A stretch of DNA of 64,000 nt from Haliotis rufescens. Lineage: Eukaryota. Positions 49,619 to 63,063 of this stretch are shown one piece after another. The notes beneath the pieces are model-generated. The model was not told the DNA's origin and did not search any database. It saw only the letters and a program-made list of their open reading frames with translations. The stretch lies in the NCBI RefSeq assembly GCF_023055435.1, contig NW_025963817.1:1-64000 (forward strand). Reading direction: 5' to 3'. How positions within the stretch are numbered: position 1 is the first letter of the stretch; each line of letters opens with the position of its first letter. The translations under genes and the position numbers were made by a program.

Positions 49619-51770
49619 AATAATATCATCAGTTGCTCAAGATCCATCTGGACTATGCATGTCTGGACCATGATTTATTCAAAATTAAATTACCGTATTT
49701 GGCGTAATAAGCGTCCAGGGCGCTCTCAAGATTAGAAATATGGGGCTTACTAGAATAAAATTTTGGTGAAAAAAACAGTTGAAAGATCGTGAATTTCGTG
49801 GTTTATGCTGACAGCCTGAAATGATACAAATGTATTTATTCAGATATATTTTTCCAGAATTTAATTGCCCATAATTAAGTGTGCATATAACACACGAGTG
49901 TGTATTATACACAAATAAATTAGTCTTGTGTACATTGATCAATCAGAAGGAACTGGGATTGTTCACTAGCCAATATATTAGCAAATATCGCAGTGGGCGC
50001 TTATTAGAGCAGGGTGCTTATTACGTGGAATACGGTAATGATCATAATAGTTGACCTTAATACTCAATGGATTGTATTCCAGACTTATACACCGTTATTG
50101 AATAAAACTCATTTAACACCTCCAGTGAGTATCATGTTGTATGTGATGTCCAGGGTAAATAGTGTTGGAGATACCAGGTGGTTATAACCCCCTGGCTGCC
50201 ACTGGGACATATATGACCCTATGTGTTGCTGCGCCAGAGGAACATATATGTCTTGGAGCCATAGTTTTAAAGAACTGAAAAATATTTAAATCTGATTATT
50301 CCAAGCCTGTATGAAATGGAACCTAATTTGCATATTCAATTTGTTTGTTGAGCTATAAGCTACTCATAATCAATTTAATGCTTACAATATTTACATTGTC
50401 ATTTTGGGATATGATCGCACTTTTATAGTGTTAAGTTTTGAAATGGTGGTTTAACTGGTACATTGTTCTCAGACAAAGGTAGTAAGTTTTGATGTCACGG
50501 CTGAGATCTCATTTCCATCTTCACCTTCACGATTACATCTTTGTCACTTCCTAAATTGGAATAGGTCCCAAGCAATCGATCCTGGATCGATGAGACAAAA
50601 TGGATCTGGTGGTCAGTCTCGGTGACTTGGTTGATTGCATGTCATCATTCACCGACGACATGGATCGTTGCTCATGATATCAACCACTGGTGTATCTAGT
50701 CTGGACTGAATTATTTACACAGGTCCTTGTCATATAGCTGAAATACTGCCCAGAGCGATGTTAAACAACAAACAAAAAATGCTCTTTGAGACAGCCTGTC
50801 GTAGTCCCCGATGGCATGGATCATTGCTCATGGTATTAACCACTGGATTGGCTGCCACGGTCTTGATTATTACAGGCTGCTGTCAGATAGATGGAGAATT
50901 GCTGAGTGCAGCGTCAAACAACAACAAAATCTTCCAAATATTTTCGCATTTGTAGTTACCTTATCTTTGAAGTCACAGCCACATGGTTGGAAAAGACCCC
51001 CGACAGTCTATACTTGACTTAATCGATTGGGTGGGCAGGCTCGTGACTTGTTTCATTATTTATCATTGTATCCCATAGTGGGACGTTGCTCATGATATCA
51101 ATCAATGGTTTCAGTTCAGTGTTATTGTGTGAAACAATAAAAAATGCAACTTCTTTAGGCATGATTTTTTACCAAAAGATGAAAAATACACCAGTGTATC
51201 CATGGTGAAATGAAAGGCGGCATAGCTGTAGATGTAGTAAACAAAAACCTTTCATCACTTCAATATAATGATTTCCCAGATAACACAATATTTCACCCAG
51301 TGACCGGGGGATTAGAATAGGTCGTCAGCAGCCCATACTTGTCATGAGAGGCCACTATGATCGACAAACCAATCAGAATGCGCGTATGATTTCAAGTCCT
51401 TCGTCAAAGAATCCCTCAGAAATAATTTTTGATTTTACATATGTCTTGCATCTAAAAATATACCAAAGACACAGTTAAATGTGTTCAATCATACTGTAAA
51501 ATTCCGCATGTCCCGATGTGCTTTAAGTTGCAACTGAAATATGGGGAAAAACATGTAAACAATTACGCAACGAGTTGATAATTGTTTTAGGTATGCCCGT
51601 TTGCGCTAAGACGGAACCCGGTCGCAAACATGGCCATGAGAGGGGCATGAGACACTATTCGGCTTGTCCCGGAATAACACGAGTTGGTCACGAAGGAAAG
51701 TCCCTGCACCCACGCTGAATCCGCCAGTGTAATTACATACATTTGGAACAAAGTTTCTGTCAGGCATGGC

Positions 51771-53898
51771 TTATCCACGTACTGGCGTCTTGGTGACCAT
51801 ACCATCTTCATCGACCCGTATCCTCACTCTATCCTTGTCGGCCTCCGAGGTGACGATGTAATCCACTGGCACTAGGTATACCTGTCAACGAAATAGGTTT
51901 GCTTGCAGTTTTACGCCACACTCGGCAACACTCCAACTACATGACGGCGGCCTGTATGTAAATATTCGAGTCTGTACCCGGCAATCCTGTGATTGACATC
52001 AAGAGCATCGATTTACGCAGTTGGGATACGATGACATGCATCAACAAGTCAGCGAGCCTGACCACCCGATCCCGTTAGTCGCCTCTTACGACAAGCATAG
52101 TCGCCTGCTACGGCAAGCATGGGTTGCTGCATGAAGACCTATTCCTCCCCGGATCTTAAAGGACTGATCTGTTTCACCCGTGAATGTAGAATACATGGAT
52201 ATCGAAAGATGGATTTAAGTTCGATCATCTTTGACGGAAAAGGCATCTGGTACTCAGTGATGTGAATGTTTAGTGTTTAAGCATCAGCAACAACTATTAT
52301 ATTTCCTGCAAGCATTTCGCTTGACAATGACAGTACGGGCGTTAACGACCATTCCAGTGTGGCGACAACTTGTCCATGTCTTGCAATGATTTTGTCTCAG
52401 ATAGTGCTTTATTTATGGGGAACTCTCTCCTGTACCACAAAGGTACTATTATATTCACTGACAATATGTGTTACACTCTATAAGGATAGCGTAATTTGAA
52501 AAAAAGTTACCACCTTCGAGTAGTTATGTTGGTATCTCTCTAACTAGAAAATAAACAGTGACAAATGGAGGCCTGGACTTCTAGAACGTACCCTCACGAT
52601 ATGACTTCATGAAGGGAGTAATGACACAAGGTGTTCGCGACGCGGGAGGGCATGACCTTCCCTACCGGTAACATGCGACTCTAGAGCAGGTAAGCATATT
52701 TAAAATGACAAATACCTCCAGATTTGGATTTTCTTGTAATATGACAGCTTTGGCATGTTCTCCATCCTGAAAAACATAATTTTCCCAGTTTATCATAGCA
52801 TACGCGATAGCCATCTTAATGTCCAGTTTATAGTCAGTTAACGCCCTTGTCTCGAGAAGATGGCGATAGGAGGGTTTAAGACAAACTACAGTTGGTTGGT
52901 TGGTTGGTTTGTTGTTTAACGCCGCACTCAGCAATATTCCAGCTATATGTCGGCGGTCTGTAAAATAATCGAGTCTGGACCAGACAATCCAGTGATTGAC
53001 ATCATGAGCATCGATCCACGCAATTGGGATCGATGACATGCATCAACTAAGTCAGCGAGCCTGACCACCCGATCCCGTTAGTCGCCTTTTACGACAAACA
53101 TAGTAACCTTTTACGGCAAGCATGGGTTGCGCGTAATATCACCAAAAACAAGAAATTACAGTCATTCAAGTTACTACATATAAACTGCCTGGACTGAGAA
53201 TGAAACAAATAGGAAATGGTTATTCGGTAGTGATGTATTTGACACGGGTATCACTCAGTATTTTCTGCCATCTTCCCGAGGCAAGGAAGTTAACTGGCTC
53301 TAAAAGTCCAGTCTCCGCTGACAGTTAACTTGCCTCGGAAAGATGGTTTTCAGCCTATCAAAACGATAACGTTTGTAATTGTTTTGGTCAAATCCAATTT
53401 TCAAGTGTATGCTTGTTTTTTTTCCAGGCAAATTAGTTTAACTTTGTTATGAAAGCCGTTCTTAGAAAGCAGACAGTTGATACCAANNNNNNNNNNNNNN
53501 NNNNNNNNNNNNNNNNNNNNNNNNNNNNNNNNNNNNNNNNNNNNNNNNNNNNNNNNNNNNNNNNNNNNNNNNNNNNNNNNNNNNNNNNNNNNNNNNNNNN
53601 NNNNNNNNNNNNNNNNNNNNNGAGGCAGAACAGACAAACAACGTGTTGATATCATGAACAACTTCAACGCCGACGTATCACAGAAGTCACGGAGCTTGAC
53701 TTCCATATTTGAATATAACCGTACGACAGTCGTGTCCCTTACAACGCGTAGTAATACGGGACCATGGGAACTACTCTCTCCCCGGTCCCACGGGGAACGA
53801 CACATAGACGTGATGACACTGCTACATCTTACCTCTAAAAGTAGTTCCGGCCATGCCTGTTTCGTCCACGTTTCCGGCGTCTTTTGGTTCTGCGCCAT
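51771..53898 (-). CDS. Potato inhibitor I family (eglin c/CI-2, I13) serine protease inhibitor, copy A, 75 aa
   Basis: Exons 53898-53833, 52766-52716 and 51881-51771 (phase 0, GT-AG) give MAQNQKTPETWTKQAWPELLLE-DGEHAKAVILQENPNLE-VYLVPVDYIVTSEADKDRVRIRVDEDGMVTKTPVRG*. Hallmark motifs WPEL, AxxxIxxENP, VT-P1, RVR and PxxG-stop are present. Confidence 0.92.
51895..52160 (-). mobile_element. SINE family A (intron 2 of inhibitor A; another at 52890-53130 in intron 1)
   Basis: Matches the family-A consensus. Confidence 0.85.
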
Positions 53899-54022
53899 GA
53901 CAGCTGACCACAGCACCTACTCACAAACAACCTAACTATACATTACTCACCATCGAAAACATATCAACAACGCCGAACTGTGTTTAAGAATGACTATCTT
54001 TTCACGTTTTAAACCGCACCCG

Positions 54023-54030
54023 CTTTTATA
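54023..54030 (-). promoter_or_regulatory. Putative TATA box of inhibitor copy A
   Basis: TATAAAAG on the minus strand, about 125 bp upstream of the ATG at 53898. Confidence 0.45.
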
Positions 54031-55057
54031 TTTTGGACACACTCGGACAAAAGATTCTAAAGCATGTGCAACTTATAGTTAAGAATATGCCCCGCCACGA
54101 TAAACAGTTGTACCTTTAATAGGGTAGTGTGGGGCGCCTAACAGAGGCACTATGCTCTACTATATATAATGCACCGTTATGTCGTTCATTGAGATTCACT
54201 GATGCACCCGTAATTCACATATTGTTAGATTCTAGTAGGGTTATTGCAGTTCATATTCTGTAAGATTACTGCTCACTGCATACCAGCAATAACTACCGCT
54301 GTGTTGTTACTGCTCAAATGTAGGTGTCTGTTGCAAATGCATAAATATGTTACATTTGTATGCATGCGTGTGTGTATGTACATGTTATACACAAAGTGAA
54401 AGTCACAAAGTGAAAGCCACAAAGTGAAAGTCACAAAGTCGCTTGAATGTGACATGTGACCCATCCATTTGTCGTAAAAATGAGTCTTCAACGAAATATG
54501 ACAAGGATCCTTGTGAACCGCTGGAAATATCAAATTTGAATGTGAAAATTGGCATTATTGTTTGTTTGTTGTTTAACGCCGCATTCAGTAATATTCCAGC
54601 TATATGACGGCGGTCTGTAAATAATCAAGTCTGGACCAGACAATCCAGTGATTGACATCATGAGCATCGATTTACGCAATTGGGATACGGCGACATGCAT
54701 CAACCAAATCAGCGAGCCTGACCGGTTACCACCGAACCCGTTAGTCGCAGAGCTGCGTCCCTTGGACACGGCAGAAACCGGAAATAAATATTCTCTTGGG
54801 TTCGAATCCCGGTTCGAAGTGATTGTGTTTCTAGGTTTTGTCGGCACTATACCTGTGCTCGTGGGTTTCACTAAAGTTTCAAAAATCTGAGACCTGCATC
54901 AGTTCTGTCTTTCCTCCCACACTAAGCTGACACGCCGTGACACAACTTGAACACTATTGAGAGCGGCGTTAAACCAAACTCACTCACACCTATTGACCTG
55001 AAAGGATCCCTGTCGTACCTCGTCCTTTATTGAATTTGGTTTCAGGTCAATATTTCC

Positions 55058-55576
55058 CATCTTCCCGAGGCAAGAGAATTAACTGACTATAAAAGTCCAG
55101 TTTCCGCCCTTGCCGAACTAGGCTGGTATTATGGAGTTACATTTTGGCTGGACTAACGAGTCTATGCATAGTCCAATCAAATTCGCGCACCGAAATCGAA
55201 ATCCGGTTCGTAAACTGTCGTGCAGATTTCGGTCGATTGCAGGATTTGCAAAACATGTGCACCGCCAACTCGTTGTCAACAGATATTTTCCAAATCTTTT
55301 CGTGTTTTTAATAAAGGTGTTCACGTGATTTGATGCATTTCACGATGTAAGATCCGTTTTATCACAATATAGATCTTGATTATCGATCAGATCGTTTTGA
55401 CTGGGCGCCACCATTTTGTGTGAAGCAAACGCAAGTGATACGAGAGGTGGAATCTGATTGGTCCATAGGAGAGGCCACTGGTGGCGCTACGATCGAGCCC
55501 AGTAATTCCAGCCTAGTTCGGCAAGGGTGGAAACTGGACTTTTATAGTCAGTTAACTCTCTTGCCTCGGAAAGATG
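55058..55576. mobile_element. MITE family E, ~70-bp TIRs (CATCTTCCCGAGGCAAG...)
   Basis: Clear terminal inverted repeats with TSD atatttcc on both sides. Other copies at 2455-2850, 36246-36671, 53269-53345, 56220-56788 and 58880-58995. Confidence 0.9.
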
Positions 55577-56219
55577 ATATTTCCTAGACTCATATTAGGT
55601 AATACAAATATGAGCAAAACTATTATTCTCTTTGTTGTTTAACGCCGCTCTCAACAATATTTTAGTTATATGACGGCGCATAACTTCTTTCAGTGGCATT
55701 TAGAAGTTGGTGTGATGAAGTAAGACGAGTTCTATGGCTGAACAACTTTTTTATTACAATTAGTGCGACGTTTCGGTGTAGATCCTAACACCTTTATCAA
55801 GCAAGTGACGTTCGTTTGAAGTGACTATTTTTATAGAGTAATAACTTTTGATTGCGAAGCTGTTCTACAACTTATGAAACATATTGTATATGATAGCTGG
55901 AGCGTGCACAAAGAAGGTAAATGAAGGTAAAAGTAGTTGTTTACGCGTTCAAATTATATTATCTTTATAGAATTTAAAGTAGCTACATCACGACGCGTCC
56001 GGTTGACGTGGGAGGGGCGTGGTGCAGGTCGTAGTCTTTAAAAGTTGCCCCACTCCACCCACCCCAGCCCCACCCCCTTCTCGAGCACGGGCATGCTGAA
56101 GATCAAGAATTATAACCAGGACGAATCTGGGATTGGAAACCACTATGACGTGAGTCTTGCACGCCTAAGGAACACAACCTGCACAGCGGATTGGACCTCT
56201 GGGCTCTCGACTGTCTTGT

Positions 56220-56788
56220 TATCTTCCCCAGGCAAGGGAGTTAACTGACTTTAAAAGTCCAGTTCCCACCCGGAATTCCTGGGCTCGATCGTAGCGCCAC
56301 CAGTGGCTATTACGAGTTATGTCCCTTCTATGCCTCTCCTATGGACCAATCAGATTCCACCTCTCGTAACACTTGCATTTGCTTCAAACAAAACGGTGGC
56401 GCCCAGTCAAGACGATCTGATCGATAATCAAGATCTATATTGTGATAAAACGGGTCTTACATCGCCAAGTGCATCAAATCACGTGAGCACCTTGATTAAA
56501 AACATGAAAAGATTTAGAAAATATCTGTTGACAACGAACTAGCGGTGCACATGCTTTGCAAATCCTGCAGTCGACCGAAATCTGCATGACACTTTACGAA
56601 CCGGATTTCGATTTCGGTGCGCGATTTTGATTGGACTATACATAGACTCGTTAGTCCAGCCAAAATGTAACTCCATAATACCAACCTAGTTCGGCAAGGG
56701 TGGAAACTGGACTTTTACAGTCAGTTAACTCACTTGCCTTGGAAACAGGACTTTTACAGCCAGTTAACTCACTTGTCTCGGGAAGATG
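56220..56788. mobile_element. MITE family E, opposite orientation to 55058-55576
   Basis: TIRs present; 9-bp TSD ctgtct(t/g)gt. Confidence 0.88.
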
Positions 56789-57352
56789 CTGTCTGGTCCA
56801 CTTGACCCTCGACTGACGAGCGATCCCAATCAGATCCCATAAAGAGATCATAGCAATAAGATGATCGTACCTCCAATACTTTTGCATGGATTGACGACAA
56901 TGGTTGTGCTGCGATCACATTGTGAACGAGGCACAGGGTCCAATGATCAGCGGAGTAGATCTCAGATGAATGTGGCACCGTTAACGCACAGCCAAGGTCG
57001 TGACGTTTTATTATTTATTTTTTGCATTTATACAGGATCATACGATAGGAAACATGATGAAGTGAAAAGCCCTTGTTCTATTTCGTGACGTTACGACAGA
57101 TCCTAATGCTAACTCTTGACACCACATGATTATACAAAGCCAGACTGCAAGATATAAACAACAACAACTCCCGTCTTCTTACAAATACACTCAGGTAACG
57201 CACAAATACAAACTTGAGCTTAAATCGTTTCTCACATAAGCCAATGAGACAATGATGTCTTCTAATCATCGGACGACGTTGTTACGTTGTGTTTCTGCCA
57301 GTCACGGCATAAGGTAGGGCGTTCACACTATGATGATGTCAGTACAGGTGCT

Positions 57353-60127
57353 TTAGCCAATCCTGGGGATGCTTGCGACTGTCCCATCTACCTGAACGAA
57401 GATCCTAACTCTACTCCGACAGAAGTTCTCCGTGACAAATGAGTCCGCCGGTAGTACAAATACCTGACAACACAATAAAACTATAATATCAAGACACACC
57501 CCAGCAATCCCATTTTTGGCTAATAACCATAGACGTCAACATTTTATAGAGTATCCTCAAAAAGGAAAAAAAGACACTATTTTTTAAAACTTTTTTCAAC
57601 CTTAAACAAATTTACCGGCCTAGTAGTTTCATACCCAAAAAACACAAATTACAGGATTAACTTTTTGATTTCTTGCATAAAATAGATTCATATTGTTCAC
57701 ATTTATCCAGAGTTCTATTTCCATAATAAATATACAATGGTTGACATTCCTTGCATTATGACGTCATTTAGGCGTCTGTAAATAAGTCGAGTCTCGACCA
57801 GACAATTAAGTGATTGATATCATGAGCATCGATCTACGTAACTGGGACAAGATGACATGCATCTACCAAGTCAGAGAGTCTGACCACCCGATCCCGTAAG
57901 TCGCCTCTTACGACAAGCATAGTCGCCTATTACGGCAAGCATGGGTTGCTGAAGGCCTATTCTACCCGGATCTTCAGGGGTTGGTGTCCATGTAATACAT
58001 TGTGACCACCCAGTGTTAGTGAACTCTCACACGACATAAAGATGTGTCCATCAGTTTCAGATATGCAGTCTGAGATGAAGCTACATATGTACTTATAGCG
58101 AGTTCTAAAAGGTAAATATTTGCAGGTTGAAAGTGATTTGATGTGTGACACCAGACAAACAGACTTCACACATTTCATTCTTATAGGGAATCAAACACCC
58201 GGGCCCTCATCCTAACTAGCAAACAGCTTTACCATTAACTACCCCGCCACCCCGCTAAAGTAAGGGGGTGAGGTAAGGTAAAATGGGTCTTAACGTTACT
58301 TCCAAGATTATTGCACTTGTACATGCACGCTTGTACTAGTCCGGACTGATGCCGATTTATAGTGCTAGCCCACTGAGATACCATGCCGCAGTTTAACAGA
58401 GTTCAGACAGAGTTGACTCTGAGCCGACCAGTTCTTGTTTTAATCCTTTAACTGCCGAGCGCCAGGCAGGGTAACAACAAGAACTATATTTTAACGCATT
58501 TTGGCATGACTCGGCCGGGGATCGAACCCCAGACCTTCCGCTCTCCGGGCGGACGCTCTACCCCTAGGCAACGTAGGCGGTCCATCTAAAGTAAGACATT
58601 CGTGACAAATGTATATCTGAAGAATAGATGATGTCATTGCATTTTAGGAATGGGGTGAGTTCAGTTTGCAAACCACACAAGAATACGTGTACCTCTAGGT
58701 CGGGGTTGTCTTGTCGTATGGCATCCCTTGCATCAACGCCAAGCTAAAAAAACAAATAGATTACCTTAGAATATCCACAGACTAACATTGTTCATTAAAC
58801 ACAGCGAATGAAGCCAAGAAGAAAACCCAAGGTTCGGAGGATACAGACAATCCGTGACTCCGTGTAGCTCGTTGGTTATCATCTTCCCGAGGCAAGGGAG
58901 TTAACTGACTATGAAAATCCAGTTTCCACCCTTGCCGGGATTTTCTGGGCTCGATCGTAGCGCCACCAGTGGCTATTACGAATTATGTCCCTTCTTTGTC
59001 CCTCCTATTGACCACTATTCCACCTACGAGCGTATAGTCACGCGGGACGCGTTCGTTTGTGCATCTAACCAATCTAAAATATCTCTTGAACATGAGTCAT
59101 TCTTCAAAAAAGATTATAGTAACCAACATGTATGGTATTCGCGTTTCTTTTGTCCGTGAGTATATAACCAACATTAAAAATAAACAATAAACACTCCACA
59201 AATCGTAAACAGGTTTTATCTTTCAGGTTTCATTTCAAAAGGTATGCATCTATGTACTTCCTTCGCTTAAAGTGGGCGCTGTGGTTCACGGTCACTAGTT
59301 CTTTTCCAGCCAAGGCCAGGGCGTTGTTTTTTTAATCCACTGCGTGAAACCGAGTGAGTGAGTTGGGTTTTAACGCCACTTTTAACACAATTCCAGTCAT
59401 ATCGCTGCGTGTCAGCTTAATGTGGGAGGAAAGCCCGAAGTAATGCAGGTCTCAGACGTTCACTAATTCGGTGAAACCCACAAGCACGGGTATGGTGCTG
59501 ACAAACCTAGAAACATAATCGGGGCGAACCGGGATTCGAACCCACAACCATAGGTTTCGCGTGAAACTGAGAGATAATATCCATGACTTATGGAATCAGT
59601 AACTGATGATTGACGTTCATCCCAAAGCGCGAGGTAACAAAACGGTGTTTAAGCTACCTGGGTTCAATTGGTCCCAGCGTTAATAGTGTCCTTTTAAGAT
59701 GTTCAGATGTGATCCTTTGTTACAGGACTCAATTATCCTGATGTGCTGTAGTTTTGCATCAGAGGGTAACTGGCTTCAACGTGAAAACAAACTGACAGAC
59801 GGTATGGCCCCTTGCATGCACACGAGACGCCATATTCTCAATTATTTCAGATGTTATTTTAATGTCAGCTATACATTATTCGCGTGACAATACTGTGCCC
59901 TGACCTCGATACTTACATTTCCCGCTGGACTTGTATAAAGGCCATTGTAGCATGTAGCTAACTGCCAGTCAGCTATAGTACATGTATATGCTGGAGATTA
60001 ATATCACATAAAAGCATGTGAACTCTCCCAAAGAAGGTATCCTTATGATGCTTCCTCTCACCTTATGAAGAAGCTCTGGCCATTCATCCTTGGTTGGTGC
60101 TGCTGCAGGTTCGCGGTGTTCATCCAT
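57353..60127 (-). CDS. Potato inhibitor I family (I13) serine protease inhibitor, copy B, 75 aa
   Basis: Exons 60127-60062, 58743-58693 and 57463-57353 (same 66/51/111-nt sizes as copy A) give MDEHREPAAAPTKDEWPELLHK-LGVDARDAIRQDNPDLE-VFVLPADSFVTENFCRSRVRIFVQVDGTVASIPRIG*. Minus-strand AATAAA near 57007-57018. Confidence 0.92.
58265..58585 (-). mobile_element. SINE family C, second copy (intron 2 of inhibitor B)
   Basis: Homologous to 30766-31118; TSD ctaaagtaag. Confidence 0.85.
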
Positions 60128-60749
60128 TGTAAAATGAGCCCTCAAACGATGATCAGACAAAATGGAATGTATATACCATCCACATTTCACAGCTTCAAAC
60201 AAGTACTACGATATGGGACTAATCTATGCGTGTCCTATTTTCAGACCAAGAATGCACATTATTAAATACGCCAGGGTTTGACAATCGCAAACAAGCGAGT
60301 TCTATTCAGGTGTGTGGGATGTAACCTGTTATCCAACAGTAGAGAGGTGTATCCTCTCAACTCGTTATGAATTAGCGACAGTGTTACACGTAATCTACGT
60401 GGGCCCAGGACTCGCACAGCCTTCAAACATTTGTATGCATTCTGCATGTTCTATTTAGGACGACACAGTGCACAGGTTGTTAATGTAAAGGCAACAATCT
60501 CGTTAGGTTCAAAGTTGAAGTTCCCTTTAGAGTGATCCGCACGCTCTTGCATAGAAATACGTCTACTGAATATGATTATCAGTGAGTGTGCATTTGTGTT
60601 TAACTTGCACGTTGCTTGCAACAGGGAACATATTACGGAGACGGATCCTGTTGAAAGAGGGAGCAAACCCAAGTCCTGAACACAAGTATCTGGATTCTCC
60701 AGAGTGTTCATCTTCGCTGATGGTCCTACAGTTATTTAATATTTACATC

Positions 60750-62367
60750 GGAAGGGACATGGGTAAAGGGAAGGAACATTGGTAAAGGGAACAGACATCT
60801 GTAAAGGGAATGGACATATGTAAAGGGAACAGACATCTGTAAAGGGAATGGACATCTGTAAAGGGTATGGACATCTGTAAAGGGAACGGACATCTGTAAA
60901 GGGAACAGATATCTGTAAAGGGAACAGACATCTGTAAAGGGAACAGACATCTGTAAAGGGAACAGACATCTGTAAAGGGAATGGACATCTGTAAAGGGAA
61001 CAGACATCTGTAAAGGGAATGGACATCTGTAAAGGGAACAGACATCTGTAAAGGGAACAGACATCTGTAAAGGGAAGGGACATCTGTAAAGGGAACAGAC
61101 ATCTGTAAAGGGAACGGACATATGTAAAGGGAAGGAACATTGGTAAAGGGAACAGACATCTGTAAAGGGAACGGACATCTGTAAATGGAACAGACATCTG
61201 TAAAGGGAAGGGACATCTATAAAGGGAACAGACATCTGTAAAGGGAATGGACATCTGTTAAGGGAAGGGACATCTGTAAAGGGAAGGGACATCTGTAAAG
61301 GGAACAGACATCTGTAAAGGGAACGGACATCTGTTAAGGGAAGGGACATCTATAAAGGGAATGGACATCTGTTAAGGGAACGGACATCTGTAAAGGGAAG
61401 GGACATCTGTAAAGGGAAGGGACATCTGTAAAGGGAATGGACATCTGTTAAGGGAACGGACATCTGTAAAGGGAAGGGACATCTGTAAAGGGAAGGGACA
61501 TCTGTTAAGGGAACAGAATCTGTAAAGGGAATGGACATCTGTTAAGGGAACAGACATCTGTAAAGGGAACAGACATCTGTAAAGGGAATGGACATCTGTT
61601 AAGGTAACAGACATCTGTAAAGGGAAGGGACATCTGTAAAGGGAACAGACATCTGTAAAGGGAACGGACATCTGTAAAGGGAACAGACATCTGTAAAGGG
61701 AACAGACATCTGTAAAGGGAGCGGACATCTGTTAAGGGAACAGACATCTGTAAAGGGAACGGACATCTGTAAAGGGAACGGACATCTGTAAAGGGAACAG
61801 ATATCTGTAAAGGGAACAGATATCTGTAAAGGGAACAGACATCTGTAAAGGGAACGGACATCTGTAAAGGGAACAGACATCTGTAAAGGAAACGGACATC
61901 TGTAAAGGGAACGGACATCTGTAAAGGGAACGGACATCTGTAAAGGGAACAGATATCTGTAAAGGGAACAGACATCTGTAAAGGGAATGGACATCTGTAA
62001 AGGGAACGGACATCTGTAAAGGGAACGGACATCTGTAAAGGGAACAGACATCTGTAAAGGGAGCGGACATCTGTAAATGGAACAGACATCTGTAAAGGGA
62101 GCGGACATCTGTAAATGGAACAGACATCTGTAAAGGGAAGGGACCTATGTAAAGGGAACAGACATCTGTAAAGGGAAGGGACATCTGTAAAGGGAACGGA
62201 CATCTGTAAAGGTAACAGACATCTGTAAAGGGAACGGACATCTGTAAAGGGAACGGACATCTGTAAAGAGAACGGATATCTGTAAAGGGAACAGATATCT
62301 GTAAAGGGAACAGATATCTGTAAAGGAAACAGACATCTGTAAAGGGAGCGGACATCTGTAAAGGGCA
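60750..62367. repeat. 19-bp tandem repeat (GTAAAGGGAACAGACATCT), about 85 copies
   Basis: Direct 19-bp periodicity; the NN positions in GGGAANNGAC vary. Confidence 0.97.
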
Positions 62368-62931
62368 CTGTATCAGTCTTCCAGCCCAACAGCTTCTATC
62401 CCAAATCAACAGCACCTAAACTAAAATCCTAATGGCAGTATGTGTGAGCTACTTATTTAATATTATTAATGATTCTCTTGTAGGGTTTGTTTGTTTGTTT
62501 GTTGATTAACTCTGCACTCAGCAATTTTCCAGCTATATGACGGTGGTCAGTTAATAATCGAGTCTGGACTAGACAATACAGTGATTGATGTCATGAGCAT
62601 CAATCCACTCAATTGGGATACAATGACATGCATCAACCAAGTCATCAAGCCTGACCACCCGATCCCGCTAGTCACGGGTTTCTCCTGTAGGAATAAGTGT
62701 GGCATCAGTTCTAGCACATCAGTGTGGATGTGACCAAGAAGGTTTGTTCATCCATGTTAAGGTTGACTGAGTGAGTTGCTTTCAATGCTGCCTTCAGCAA
62801 TATTCCAGCAATATCACAGCAGGGGACACTAGAAATTAGTTTCACATTTTGTACTCATGGGAACTGAACCACTTTCCTCTTGACAAGTGAATACTTCAAC
62901 CACTAGGGTACACCATTACCACTCTATGTTT

Positions 62932-63063
62932 GGGGCCAGTGGGGTTGCCTAGTGGTCAAAGGTTAATTCCCCACATGGGTGCAATGAGTGAAGCCCATTT
63001 CTGTGTCCCTCACCATGATATTGCTGGGATTTTGCTTAAAGCGGCGTAAAACCATACTCACTC
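62932..63063 (+). mobile_element. Degenerate family-B SINE (a second, reversed copy at about 62768-62915)
   Basis: gcctagtgg...cccacatgggt...gaagcccatttctg...gcggcgtaaaaccatactcactc. Confidence 0.75.

Noticed and set aside
53917-53953. Upstream ATG|GTGAGT micro-exon for inhibitor A
   Set aside because: It would need a 34-nt intron, which is implausibly short; unspliced it stops after five codons.
60732-62415. Long minus-strand ORFs with repeated SVPFTDVCSLYRCPFPLQM
   Set aside because: Translation of the 19-bp satellite; the same peptide appears in all three frames.
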